From Heteronotia binoei (lineage: Eukaryota), in the NCBI RefSeq assembly GCF_032191835.1, contig NC_083240.1:37758001-37822000 (forward strand): DNA of 64,000 nucleotides. Reading direction: 5' to 3'. Both the position numbers and the translations under genes were made by a program. Shown here piece after piece: positions 23,169 through 35,686 of the stretch. Positions within the stretch are counted from its first letter, which is position 1, and every line of letters begins with the position of its first letter. The notes under the pieces are model-generated. The model saw nothing but the letters and a program-made list of their open reading frames with translations. It was not told the DNA's origin and did not search any database.

Positions 23169-23413
23169 AGAAGAAGAAGATGATATTGGATTTATATCTC
23201 GCCCTCCACTCCAAAGAGTCTCAGCGGCTCACAATCTCCTTTACCTTCCTCCCTCACAACAAACACCCTGTGAAGTGGGTGGGGCTGGAGAGGGCTCTCA
23301 CAGCAGCTGCCCTTTCAAGGACAACCTCTGCCAGAGCTATGGCTGACCCAAGGCCATTCTAGCAGGTGCAAGTGGAGGAGTGGGGAATCAAACCCGGTTC
23401 TCCCAGATAAGAG
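23169..23413 (-). mobile_element. Squam3-like SINE, 5'-truncated
   Basis: Reverse complement of the family consensus seen elsewhere in the window. Confidence 0.85.
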
Positions 23414-24327
23414 TAGTTCTGGTCTGAGGGGAAAATGGGCTTTTTTTTAAACCCCCAGCCACCCTCCAAAAAACCCTGATCCCTCTGCACACACAGGTAT
23501 TATGTGGTGTTTTGGTTACTCTAGATATCCTTAAGCACTGTGGTTCTCTAGGCGTGTTCTTTTTTAATCTCCAGGTGCGAGCTGGAGATATCTCAGAGTT
23601 ATAACAGATTTCCAGATTATATCAGTTGTCATTTATTGACATTTATACCCTACTGGCATCCCTCCCCTTGTTAACCCTCGGTATCTCAAGGCTCCGCTCT
23701 CAAATCTCCGGGATTCCCCAGCTCAGCATTGGCAACCCGGTTCCATAGAGAGGCATATACATATGCAAGAAAACTAGAATATTTCTAAAGGCAGAATTTT
23801 TAACAGTTAAAAAAAGTTAAGTCAGATTTTAAAGATGTCCGGCGAATAAATTATTTGCCTGGAATAGTGGTACTGGCACTCTTAAGAGGCTGATGGATGA
23901 ATTTAACAAGGAACAAGACTGAGAGCAACAAGTTAAAAAATCATAGGCAGCCTTGAGAAATCGGAGCAACCAGACTCTCCACAGAGTGAAGGTCCTAAGA
24001 AATAAATGATCTCTCCTCTCTTTTATTTAAGGTAAACACTCTCTGGGAAGCTGAAAGAGCTCCTCGCTCCTCACTGTCTTCTGCCTCCGACACAGGGAGA
24101 AGGGAGGCGAATCTCCACTTCTTTGACCCTTTGCTGACGACATCCTTCCTGCAGAGACTGAGGACTGCATCCATTTGAGGAGCCTGAGGAACGGCAGAAA
24201 AACCCTCACCAACATTATTAGGGTAATGAGACTGCTGAAGGCCTTCAAGGAAAATGGTGCCTTGTAAGGGAGTACCCAGAGTATGGAGATGTGACTCAGC
24301 ATCAAGGGGACCAGAGTAAGGAACATA

Positions 24328-24669
24328 AGAGAAGCCATGTTGGATCAGGCCAATGGCCCATCCATTCCAACACTCTGTGTCACACAGTGGCCAAAAAAAT
24401 TATATATACATATATATACACACTGTGGCTAATAGCCACTGATGGACATCTGCTCCATATTTTTATCCAGCCCCCTCTTGAAGCTGGCTATGCTTGTAGC
24501 CACCACCACCTCCTGTGGCAGTGAATTCCACATGTTAATCACTCTTTGGGTGATGAAGTACTTACTTTTATCCGTTTTAACCCGATTGCTCAGCAATTTC
24601 ATCGAATGCCCATGAATTCTTGTATTGTGAGAAAGGGAGAAAAGTACTTCTTTCTCTACTTTCTCCATA
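24328..24669 (-). mobile_element. CR1 LINE 3' fragment, same family as 32320-32999
   Basis: Near-identical reverse complement of 32660-32999. Confidence 0.92.
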
Positions 24670-25447
24670 TATGTCAGTTTCTTGTAGAGATTGGACTGCC
24701 TAAGATGACACAGAGAACACTTCATTTGTTTCCAATTCCAACTTTCCTTCCAGCACACCTGTCCTGTAAAGATGCCCACCTCTCTTCCTCTCCTGGCCGT
24801 GCCCCCCTCCTAGCCGTGCCCTCTGACTGAGAATTAAGCAGGCCTCATTTTGGGCAGGCGCTCACAGGAGCAGAGTTCTGGAACATCTAAATCGGGGTGT
24901 CAAACTCATTTGTTATAAGGGCCAGATTTGACATAAATGAGACCTTGGTGGGCAGGGCCATGTGTGTCATAAAATGTAATACTAGGTAGCGGACATATAA
25001 ACTGTATAAAGGGGGTGCAAACACATTTCTTTTACTTAAAACATTAGCACTCTTGCAATATTTTGTTTTACAGTCTGATAAATGTCATCTCTTGCTATGA
25101 ATTATTGCATCAAAAACTACAATGTCTGTGCTGTACCAATCTTGAATATGCTGTTCAAGTGTGCACATCTATAAGTTGCAGACCTACTTTTGATTTATTG
25201 ACATTCATTACAAAGATCTCATAGTCGATGCTTTGAGCCTCAGGCCCAGAGGAAAACATGAAGCTGGGTATTGTGAGCTTTGTACATAAGTTGCTTCATG
25301 TGCTGGTCAAGATTATGTGAAGGCACCATGGCAGAGACTGAGGGCTTTGTGCTTGTCTGCAAAACTATAGTCTTCTCCAGAAAGAAATAACTACAACTCC
25401 TATGTGGCAGTGCAAGACAGAGACAGCCATGCACAATGATTACTATG

Positions 25448-25720
25448 GAGAGCCAGTTTGGTGTAGTGGTTAAGTGTGCGGACTCTATCTGGGAGAACAT
25501 GGTTTGAATCCTCGCTCCTCCAGTTGCACCTGCTAGCATGACCATGGGTCAGCCGTACATCTGGCAGAGGTTGTCCTTGAAAGGGCAGCTGCTGTGAGAG
25601 CCCTTTCCAGCCCCATCCACCTCACAGGGTGTCTGTTGTGGGGGAGGAAGATAAAGGAGATTGTGAGCCGCTCTGAGACTCTTCGGATTGGAGGGCAGGA
25701 TATAAATCCAATATCTTTTT
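25448..25720 (+). mobile_element. Squam3-like SINE
   Basis: Family head and body. Confidence 0.88.
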
Positions 25721-28700
25721 CTACTATCAGCCTATTATCTGGGAAGTAAATTCAAGATCCCCAATCAAAGGAAAATGTGAAAGAAAAATCAATGGAAATT
25801 TGCTGGTTAAACCTGGGCTAGACATACATACACTCAGCCTAATGCTAGCTTGTTGTTATTTCTCTTCTAAATAGTTCACATACTTTCCTACTGAGAAAGA
25901 CTGGAGGGCATAAATATAATGAAAAAGATGAGGGGAACCCAGCTGCACCCATAACAAGCCCAACAAATCTCCCTCTCTCTGTAGCAAGGCAAAAAGCTCA
26001 TACCTTCAATAAAACATTGCTAGTCTTAAAAGTGCTCTTTGTGTTTCTCCCAGTGGTGAGGACTGGGCAAAGGAAGCTCTGGCTCTTTCCTTCCTCCTCC
26101 AGAGCACAAGGAGAGGGAGGAGCCTCAGCCAGGAAGGAAGAGAGGCTTGGCTCAGTAGCTCCTCAGGGTGATTGAGTCTGGCAGACTTAATCACCCAGCA
26201 GAGCTATAGAGCCAGGCCCTTTAATTGGCTGAGGCTCCTCTCCTCCCTTTGGGAAACGGGAGGGGGAGAGAGAAGGAACCAAGAAAGTCTGCTTTGCTGG
26301 CCAACTGATCTCTGGGGGGAAATGCAAAATGGCAACCGAACACTGCAGGCAAGGGAGAATGAAGCAGACAATGGCCAGTTGCTGGAGGGCCTGATTGGAG
26401 CCCTCTGGGGGCCGGCTCTGGCCCATAGGCCGCATGTTTGACACCCTGATCTAAATGTGCTGGATCTTTCTTACCACCACCACCCCCCCCCCAAAAAAAC
26501 CCCAAACAAACAAAAAAACCTTGCTTCTAGGTGCCGTTGTTTGAACTCTCTTCTTCCTTGCAAGATTTAAACTCTAAGGTGTTTCACAAGTGAAAAACAT
26601 CTTTTTCAAGGTCTGCAGTCAGGGTGGATTTCTGCATCCTCAGCATTATCTGCTAGACTGAATTCCACTGTTTTTGAAAAAAAAATTTCTAGAATTTTTT
26701 GCTTGTCTTCTCCTGAATTATAATCTCACACCTGATTAATAAATAAATAGTAATTTAATACCCACATCAGACTTCATCTCATTCTGGTTTTTTTTTAAAC
26801 ATGGGGATGTGGAAGGACAGTTCAAAGCAGGGCTCCCCAACCTTTTTGAGCACGACAGCCAGCCACAAAATGGCTGCCACAGGAAACAGTCAGCTGCAAA
26901 ATGTATGCTGCAGCTTACTTTCAGTCATGCAGTGAAGATCCTTGTGCTGGGGTGGCAGCTGCTGTCAAGCCATTTTTAAAAATCCGCACAGCCTGTCAAA
27001 TTTTAAATGAGCAAACTGCTTTTTACTCACTACTGTGACAATAGACTTCTGCGTTTTTACAGACTGATCAGCTGTAATGGATTCCTCTTCCATTTTTGAA
27101 ATGTTATATTCAAGCATATAATGTTGCACTTTTCTAGATGCCATTATAGCATGCTTGAGAAATAAACACCCCCCCCAAAAAACCCCTTGCTTCTGGGCGC
27201 CATTGTTTGAACCCTCTTCCTCCTCGCAAGCTCTTTAAGGTGTTTCACAAGAATTTAGAAATACCTGGTTTTCTAGCTGTTTTTCTAGTCAGGGTGGATT
27301 TCTGCATCCTCACACCATTATCTGCTGTAATTAATTCCTCTGTTTTTGGAATTTTTTTCTTGTAGAATTTCACGCTAGTCTTCTCCAGATGCCATTATGC
27401 CATGCTTGATAAATAAATAAATAGTAATTTAATACCCCCATAAGAGAGGCAAGATTGAAGGCTACCAGAGAACGAGCCTTCTCTGTTGTGGCCCCCCACT
27501 GGTGGAACCAACTCCCTGATGTTAGAGCCTTGCGGGACCTTGCCCAATTCTGCAAGGCCTGCAAAACAACATTATTTCGAATGGCCTTCAACCAAAGTAC
27601 ATAGTTGCTCAACATCACCAAAACTACTGTTTTTAAATTGTTTTTAATACTTTTAAATTGCAAATTGTTTAATTTTAACTGATATTATTGTAATTGTTTT
27701 TACTGCTTTATGGTTTTATTGTCTATTGTTGATATTCAATGTTGTTAGCCGCCCTGAGCCTGCTTCAGCAGGGAGGGCGGGATATAAATATGAAAAATAA
27801 ATTAAAAAATAAGGCTTCATCTCATTCTTTTTGTTAACATGGGGATGTAGAGGTGCAGAGTTCCCCAACCTTTTTGAGCCTGCAGGTAGGATGGGATCTC
27901 TGGCACAGCTGGTGGGCACAGCCACAAAATGGCTGCCACAGGAGACAATCAGCTGCGAGATGTATGCTGCAGTTTACCTTCAGTCGCAGAGTGAAGATCC
28001 TTGTGCAGGGGTAGCAGCTGCTGTGAAGACACTTTTAAAATTCTGCACAGCCAGTCAAATTTCCAATGGCCAGTCATATGTCAGGCACCATGTTGGAAAC
28101 CCCCAGCTGAAAGGGTGTAAGGTGCAGATTTACAAAACTGAATGTGTGAAGGAAGAAGATAGGGAATTTTCATGCTGTTGCAAGTCCAAAATGTAAGCGA
28201 ACCCCCTAAACTGCTGTTAGCCCAGTGAGGAGTGGAGAGGAAATTTTTTGTGCAAATTCCAAAGTTCCATTTATTTAAGAAAACCCCCCAAATTGCTGTT
28301 AGCTGGACTGGGGGTGAGTGGGACGCAGGGCCGGATCTACCTGTTTTTGGAGCGGGGGCAAAACCAAAAAATGGCGCCCCCACTCAGCAATGGGAGGAGT
28401 TGTGGGTTATGTGACTCCACCACATTTGAACACCCCAGCGGGGTGGGGGTGGGGGGAAGCCAACTAGACAACAGTGTTTTCAGAAAAAAGCCAAGTTTGA
28501 CAAGGTGCCTGTCTTGAGACAATTTGTGACACAGCCCTTGCAGCTTGCTGTGGTTTTGAAGTGTCAATCAAAGTGTGGGTTGCTACTTTTCTGAAGGAAG
28601 ATGTGGGAAGTGTAGAAAAGGAGCAGTTGGAGAAGAATAGAGTCTAGCCTGGCATGTTGCTCCTTCGGAGAGCAAAGGTCACATGCCAGCTGGGGGCCAA

Positions 28701-30123
28701 GGACACATCTGAGATGCCACCTCCTTATTGCCAGGTTTGGGACTGGCTAGTGTTGAAATGGGCCCAAGAGCTGCCATTACAGCTTGCAAGAAGTTGACTC
28801 TGGGTGAAAATTTGAACCTGGTTTCCCAAATCGTAGTTCAGCAATATACTACTCTGGTTTCCGGGTGAAAAAGAAATGCAAAGGGGCCGATAAGGACACC
28901 CTGGCCTCCTGCTGGAGATGTGTGCCCAGCGATGACTGGTTTTAAGGATACCCCCAGGATTTCCTGCAGTGTAATTGAAAAACCTCTGGTCCCTCGGGGG
29001 TTGCCAGATCTGAGCTGGGAAATACCTGGAGATTTGGGGGTGGAGCCTGGGAAGGGTGGGGTTTGAGGAAGGGAGGAACCTCAGCAGGGAAACGCCCTAG
29101 AGTCCCCCCCCCCCCCAAGCAGCCATTTTCTCCAGGGGAACATCTTGGTCATCTCTAGAGCAACTGTAATAACATGGGATCTCCAGGTGTTTCCTGGAGG
29201 ATGGCAACCCTAGGTCCATCTAATTTCTTGGCAGGGGCGTGTCCAGGCCCTGCCTGATCTGATTTGACTCCCTTTCTTATTCCAAAAGGACGTGAAACTC
29301 TTCCTTTTAGGATTACCAAATGAAAGTTGAGGTTGCCTAGTGCTGAAAAATCCTCTTCCTCTTTAAAACTGAATAGCTGCAGAAGCACAAAATATGGGCA
29401 GCCTCAATCAGCATCTGTTCAACGATAACCAGGTCGCCACAGTGCTCAACCCTCTTTGAATTATTATGGCTCTGAGTAAGGTTGCCAACCTCCAGCTTGT
29501 GGCTGGGGATCTCTCACTATTACAAGGTTAGCTGAACTTGCTTAATGTAAGAGTCGCATAGAATAAACATGTTTGAGAGCAGGAAGGAAGATGGGGAGGG
29601 TGGAAAGAAAGCAACTTTAAAAGCATTCTCCATGCCGCTGCCTGACTGGGCTTGGAGAAATGATTTAAAGAGAAATACTTCAAGCTGACCAATGGGATGG
29701 TGGCGTTTTTTAGAGCCACACAATACATGTGAAAGAACCACATGTGGCTCCCGAGCCATTTGGCCGCCCCTGTGCTAGTCAAACTGATATCCAGGTGACA
29801 GAAATCAGTCCACCTGGATAAAATGGCCACTTTGGAAGGTGGTCCCTCCCCTCCGCAAACCCTGACTTAAAGTTCCACCCCAAACATCTCCAGGTATTTC
29901 CCAACCCAGAGCTGGCAACCATATCTCTAGGCAGCAGAGATCACCTGGCAAAAAAAGCTGCTTTTGACGGTGGACTCTGGCATAATACCCCTTTGTAGTC
30001 TCTCTCCTCAGGCTCCACCCCCCCCCCCCCAATTCTCCAGGTATTTCCCAACTCGGAGCCGGCAACCCTACCCCCAGATGAATAAACTCAACAGTCAGCC
30101 AATTGCCAGGTCAAATTTCCTCT

Positions 30124-30443
30124 CCAGTTTGGTGTAGTGGTTAAGTGTGTGGACTCTTATCTGGGAGAACCGGGTTTGATTCCCCACTCCTCCACTTGCA
30201 CCTGCTGGAATGGCCTTGGGTTAGCCATAGCCCTGGCAGAGGTTGTCCTTGAAAGGGCAGCTGCTGTAAGAGCTCTCTTAGCCCCACCCACCTCACAGGG
30301 TGTCTGTTGTGGGGGAGGAAGGTAAAGGAGATTGTGAGCCACTCTGAGACTCTTCGGAGTGGAGGGCGGGATATAAATCCAATATCTTCCTCTTCTCCTC
30401 CTCCTCCTCCTTCTTCTCCTCCTCCTTCTCCTCCTCCTCCTCC
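30124..30443 (+). mobile_element. Squam3-like SINE with expanded CTT/CCT microsatellite tail
   Basis: Family head and body; about 60-bp pyrimidine triplet tail. Confidence 0.88.
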
Positions 30444-31164
30444 TGGGCCAGGGCATCACTCATTTGTTTTTATTTAGTGCCTTCCCCTTTTCTCCAGGGG
30501 AGGAAGTTCCAGGAGGTGACGAGAGCCTGGGAGGTTTCCAGCGGTCGGTCGTGCGAAATGAGCAAAATGTAAATGTGTGAGCGTCAGGTCGCAGTTTGGC
30601 AGTCAGGCCGTGGGAGCCTCCAAAGGAGCCCAAGATACGGCAAAAGACCTGCAGCATATCTACACCCATGTACCCACCAGGCTGCCTCGGTGCTTAAGGT
30701 TGCCACCTGCCTAGAGAAAAAGCTGTCCTGCCCCCCTGGTGGAAGCTTAACAACGCCTTGTTTACCGTGGAGATAAATCAAGAGGGGTGGCTGAGTTAGT
30801 CCGGCTGTAGCAGCTGAAAAGAGCAAGAGTCCCGGAGCACCTGAAAAACGAAGAAAATTTGTGGCGGGACAGGTGCTTGTGTGAGTCACTGCTCAACCCA
30901 CAACAGGCCCATAACTGGGGGGTATCTGAAGAAGTGAGCAGAGACTCACGAAGCTCCTATCTTGCCGCACATTTTTAGTCCTGAAGGTGCTCCTGGACTT
31001 TTCTGTCTTGTTTACGTGGTGACATTATTGAGCTCTATGCCATGAAAAGCATCACCTCCCCATATCTGCATTTTGTTTGGTTTTTGTTTTGCTGTCAAGT
31101 CGCAGCCAACTTGTGACAACTTCATGGGGCTTTTCAGCGGAGTTCACCATTGCAACTCTCAAGT

Positions 31165-31588
31165 GGTGAGGGGTCTGGAGACCAAGTCCTATGAAGAAAG
31201 GTTGAAGGAGCTGGGCATGTTTAGCCTGGAGAGGAGGCAGCTGAGAGGTGATAGGATCGCTATCTTCGAGTACTTGAAGGGCTGTCCTATAGAGGATGGT
31301 GTGGAAATGTTTTCTGTGGTCCCAGAAGGTAGGACCAGAACCAATGGGTTGAAATTAAAGGAGTTTCCGGCTCAACGTTAGGAAGAACTTCGTGGCAGAG
31401 AGGTACCTCAGTGGAACACGCTCAGGAGGTGGTGGGCTCTCCTTCCGTGGAGGTTTTTAAACAGAGGCTAGATACCCATCTGACAGCAATGAAGATCCTG
31501 TGAATTTAGGGGGAGGTATTTGTGAGTTTCCTGCATTGTGCAGGGGGTTGGACTAGATGACCCAGGAGGTCCCTTCCAACTCTGATTC
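31165..31588 (+). mobile_element. CR1 LINE 3' fragment (second subfamily)
   Basis: YEERLKELGMFSLERRQLRGDRIAIFEYLKG; ends ggtcccttccaactctgattcta. Confidence 0.9.
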
Positions 31589-32319
31589 TAAGTTCCTTGG
31601 TGGTCCCCCATCCAAATACTAGCCAGGGCTGACCTTGCTAAGCTTCCAAGATCTGATGTTATCGAGCCAGCCTGGGCCGTCCAAGTCTTTGGCTTCTGTC
31701 AAAGGGACACAGCATCCCTCACCCAGCTCTGTTGGCAATCCTGTGCCAAGTTGTCCAAACAGACTGGTCCAGCAGAGCGCACTCCGGCAAGCAGCTGCAG
31801 GTTAGAACCCGCTGAGCACTTTCCTGGGAGCAAGTTCCATTACATTAAATTGGGCTTACTCCTGAGTAGAGCTGCTGAGTAGAGGTTTACCCAGTGAGCC
31901 ATTAACAAAGCGTGTTGGCTTTCCAGAACAAACGGGATCTGTTATCTTCCCCCCCAACAGCAGTTTTAAAGATTGGCTGAAGTTCTTCTTGGCATCCAGT
32001 GTGTTGCTGGGCATGATCCCAGCTACTGGGCATCTTTTTGGGAGGTGTTTGCGGATCTGCGGCATTCACCGGAACAACCTGTTCTGTTCCGTGCACTGCA
32101 GGGCAAATGGCTATTTTTATCCAGGATCTCTTCTGGATCTCTTTTCCTGGGGACTGAGTTCTCTTTTCCTGGGGACTGAGTCCTGAAACATTCTTGGGCT
32201 CTTAGGAGCAGGGCTTTTTTTGTAGCAGGAACTCCTTTGCATATTAGGCCGCACACACCCCTGATGCAGCCAATCCTGGAGCTTACAGTAGGCCCTGTAA
32301 CTAAGAGCCCTGTAAACTG

Positions 32320-32999
32320 AAAGTGTCAAGACAGTGTGCGTCTGCAATAAAAAAGGCCAACGCCATGCTGGGAATTATTAGGAAGGGAATTGAAAACAAA
32401 TCAGCCAGTATCATAATGCCCCTGTATAAATTGATGGTGCGGTCTCATTTGGAGTACTGTGTGCAGTTCTGGTCGCCGCACCTCAAAAAGGATATTATAG
32501 CTTTAGAGAAGGTGCAGAGAAGGGCAACTAGAATGATTAAAGGGCTGGAGCACTTTCCCTATGAAGAAAGGTTGAAACGCTTGGGACTCTTTAGCTTGGA
32601 GAAACGTCGACTGCGGGGTGACATGATAGAGGTTTACAAGATAATGCATGGAATGGAGAAAGTAGAGAAAGAAGTACTTTTCTCCCTTTCTCACAATACA
32701 AGAACTCGTGGGCATTCGATGAAATTGCTGAGCAGACAGGTTAAAACGGATAAAAGGAAGTACTTCTTCACCCAAAGGGTGATTAACATGTGGAATTCAC
32801 TGCCACAGGAGGTGGTGGCGGCCACAAGTATAGCCACCTTCAAGAGGGGTTTAGATAAAAATATGGAGCAGAGGTCCATCAGTGGCTATTAGCCACAGTG
32901 TATGTGTGTATATAACATTTTTTGCCACTGTGTGACACAGAGTGTTGGACTTGATGGGCCGTTGGCCTGATCCAACATGGCTTCTCTTATGTTCTTATG
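32320..32999 (+). mobile_element. 5'-truncated young CR1 LINE (3' end of ORF2 intact, 32323-32892)
   Basis: HLEYCVQFWSPHLKKDI...EKRRLRGDMIEVYKIM...RTRGH motifs; (TTCTTATG)n tail; TAAACT on both outer flanks. Confidence 0.95.
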
Positions 33000-33188
33000 A
33001 TCTTCTTCGTGGTCTCTGTGCAGTCCCACACATGGGTTTTCCTATCAGGACGAACCCTACCTCGGAGATTTTAAATAGCTAGCCTAGGCGTTATTTTTGG
33101 CGCGCACTCCCTCCCGCTCTGGGGAGCAGGCATCCACTGCGCATGCCTGTAGCGCGAGGGAGGCGCCCAACCCACTCAGTTTCTTTCC
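33000..33188 (+). repeat. DIRS left ITR
   Basis: 33027-33188 is the exact reverse complement of 38889-39050. Confidence 0.95.
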
Positions 33189-33409
33189 AACCGCCGCCCG
33201 GGATAGTCCTACCTCGTTGCGCTCCTCACTTACCTCAGATATCTAGCCTTCGTTTTCCTCAAGTTTCCTCTTCTTTCATCCTTCGCTATTTCTTCATATT
33301 CTTATCTTCAAAAAAAAAAAAAAAAAAAAAAAAAAAGATTTAGATAAATATCTTCCCCGCTTTTTCCTCAGACCTCCCTTCCCCCACCCCCACACCCCCC
33401 CCCGGGCGT

Positions 33410-35686
33410 ATGGAAGGAAGGGACAGTAAAATAACTTTCAAAAGGTGCTCGCGCTGTAGGGCGAAAATCCCTACATCGGACGGGCATTCGCTTTGCTTGT
33501 TCTGTTTGGGAGAATCCCATAAAGTGGACGCCTGTGCGCACTGCCTTCAATTTTGCAAACAGGCGCGAAAAAACAGAGCCGCTAGACTCAGAAGCCACTT
33601 AATGGAGTCTGTGCTCCAGCCTGATATGTCGCAATCTTCGTCAGCAAGTAAGTCGCCTCCCCTACTGACTCCCCAAGGGGACGGCGCAAGGTCGGCAGCT
33701 TCAGTGGCCATTGCTCCCAGCAAGCATAAGTCCGGCGATGCCGCGAAAGCCGGCGACGGCGCGAGAACGTCAGAACAAACGGCCGCGGCGACTAAACCAA
33801 AGGGCGGGAAGCACACTAAGAAACATAAGCATTCCGACCCGAAGGGCCAGAAGGATTCGAGAAAACCGTCCGATCCGAAGGCTCCGCGGAAACCGACAGA
33901 CCCGAAGGACCCGAAGATTCCGAAGGACTCGAGAAAATCCTCCGAACAACAGAATGAGCCTGAGACGCAATGCGAGCCTTCCACTCCCGGATCCGACACC
34001 CAGGAAGTGACCACCCCGGCTACGGAGTCGCCGCACCAGCAGACGGAAGAAGTTATTCCCATTCCGTCCCGATCCCCTTCCCCGCATGGATCCATGCTAG
34101 ACCCTGCGCTGGAGCCGATTCGAGACCCGCAACAGTGGACTCGACACCACATCAATCCTAGATCGTTCCGCGATATGTCGAATCCCATCCAGCACAAACA
34201 TGATGCTTACAGGTACTTCGATGCGCATCGGTTCCCAGCCAGGTCTCCCAGCATGGAGAGATATAGGTACCATCATGCGCGTTTCCCGGAGAGATCCCCT
34301 AGTAGAGGGAGGGACCGCCATCGCTACAACCCGAGATCTCGGTCCCCATCCATGTCCCCGAGGCGACGCCATTATGCTTCAAGGTCTCCTTCCATCGAAT
34401 CCCATGCATGCTGCGGATACCATCATTCTCGGTACCGAACCGATTATCACATGAACCCATCCAAGGAAGCGACTCCTGTCCAACGGAGCAAGCAACCACC
34501 GAGACAGCCGTCTCCGACTCCTTCCACTTCGACTTCTAAACCTAGGGGTGCGATTCCAGTGGAACCCAAAAGCACGACTCCAACCAGACCGGACCTACCT
34601 GAACCCGAACCTGACTCTGATGCTGAATCCGAAGCTCAATCATCGGATTCGATACAGTCCATGTCCCCTGGGTCCCCTGCTTCAGATATCGCCAAGCCCG
34701 CGGATTTGTCACCTTCCGAAGGGGCAAAGACATACCTGGACTTGATTGCCAATATGGCCTCTGCACTTAACGTAACTCTGACTTCGGATGCACCCAAGGT
34801 GACAGACGTGGTACACGACCTGGTGCACTCAGATTTACCTGCTGGTTCCTTTCTGCCGATGCTGCCGGTACACCTAGAAGCCATCAAAGAAGCTTGGGAC
34901 AACCCAGCCTCCATTCCCCCGGCTTCAAAACGAATCGAATCCCTTTATAGGATCCAAGCACCGGATTCGAAATTTTTATTTAGCCATCCAGCACCGAATT
35001 CTCTGATAGTGCATTCATCTTCTAAAACCAAACAGACCCGCCACCCGGTACCCCCTGAGAAGGAAGGCAGGAAGTTAGATACTCTTGGAAGGAAAATGTA
35101 TTCAATCTCGACGGCAACTGCCAAGATCAACAATTACCTAGCATACTTCGCCGCGTATTCCCACAACATCTCCTCCCAACTGAATACGCTAGTCTCTGCC
35201 CTGCCTGAGCCCTCCCAGAAACAAGCCTGCAAGCTACTTCAGGAGCTCAACAGGATTTCAAAGCAACAGATAAACACCATCCGTCACTCTGTGGGGTGCA
35301 CTTCCAAGGCGATGGCCGCCTCCATTGCCCTAAGGCGACATGCTTGGCTTCGATCCTCTTCGTTGCAGCCTGATCTAAAATTCAAGATAGAAGACCTTCC
35401 CTTCGATGGCCAAGGTCTCTTTAATGCCACAACGGACGATATACTGTCCACCGTGGATGACAGCCGCAAACGAGCGAAAAGATTGGGGGTAGCCCAACAG
35501 CAACAACAACAACAGAGCTATAAGCCCAGATCATGGAAACCAACCCCCTTCAAACGTTCCAGATCCCCTCGACAATCTGAATACTGGAAACGTAAAGCTC
35601 CTCCTCCAAAGCAATCCTTTAACCAGAGACAGCAGAGACCACAACCACCTAAAAAGGCTGCATCTTCATCGAAGCAGTCTCTTTGA
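33410..35686 (+). CDS. DIRS ORF1, gag-like (N-terminal C/H zinc finger, RS-rich region, LAP2alpha-like C-terminal domain), 758 aa
   Basis: CSRC..CLFC..H..CAHC cluster; C-terminal EAWDNPAS...FLFSHPAPNSLIV...EGRKLDTLGRK typical of vertebrate DIRS1 gag; uninterrupted. Confidence 0.9.
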   Translation: MEGRDSKITFKRCSRCRAKIPTSDGHSLCLFCLGESHKVDACAHCLQFCKQARKNRAARLRSHLMESVLQPDMSQSSSASKSPPLLTPQGDGARSAASVAIAPSKHKSGDAAKAGDGARTSEQTAAATKPKGGKHTKKHKHSDPKGQKDSRKPSDPKAPRKPTDPKDPKIPKDSRKSSEQQNEPETQCEPSTPGSDTQEVTTPATESPHQQTEEVIPIPSRSPSPHGSMLDPALEPIRDPQQWTRHHINPRSFRDMSNPIQHKHDAYRYFDAHRFPARSPSMERYRYHHARFPERSPSRGRDRHRYNPRSRSPSMSPRRRHYASRSPSIESHACCGYHHSRYRTDYHMNPSKEATPVQRSKQPPRQPSPTPSTSTSKPRGAIPVEPKSTTPTRPDLPEPEPDSDAESEAQSSDSIQSMSPGSPASDIAKPADLSPSEGAKTYLDLIANMASALNVTLTSDAPKVTDVVHDLVHSDLPAGSFLPMLPVHLEAIKEAWDNPASIPPASKRIESLYRIQAPDSKFLFSHPAPNSLIVHSSSKTKQTRHPVPPEKEGRKLDTLGRKMYSISTATAKINNYLAYFAAYSHNISSQLNTLVSALPEPSQKQACKLLQELNRISKQQINTIRHSVGCTSKAMAASIALRRHAWLRSSSLQPDLKFKIEDLPFDGQGLFNATTDDILSTVDDSRKRAKRLGVAQQQQQQQSYKPRSWKPTPFKRSRSPRQSEYWKRKAPPPKQSFNQRQQRPQPPKKAASSSKQSL

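Larger units (their letters stand above)
15815..31010 (+). repeat. Old tandem segmental duplication, block A about 15.8-20.4 kb versus block B about 23.9-31.0 kb
   Basis: Collinear pairs 15815-15960/23920-24065, 17720-17945/28565-28790, 18640-19340/28797-29520, 19340-19434/30890-31010. Confidence 0.85.

Noticed and set aside
24130-24280. FADDI motif as a reverse-transcriptase active site
   Set aside because: No other RT motifs in frame, and a stop lies just upstream
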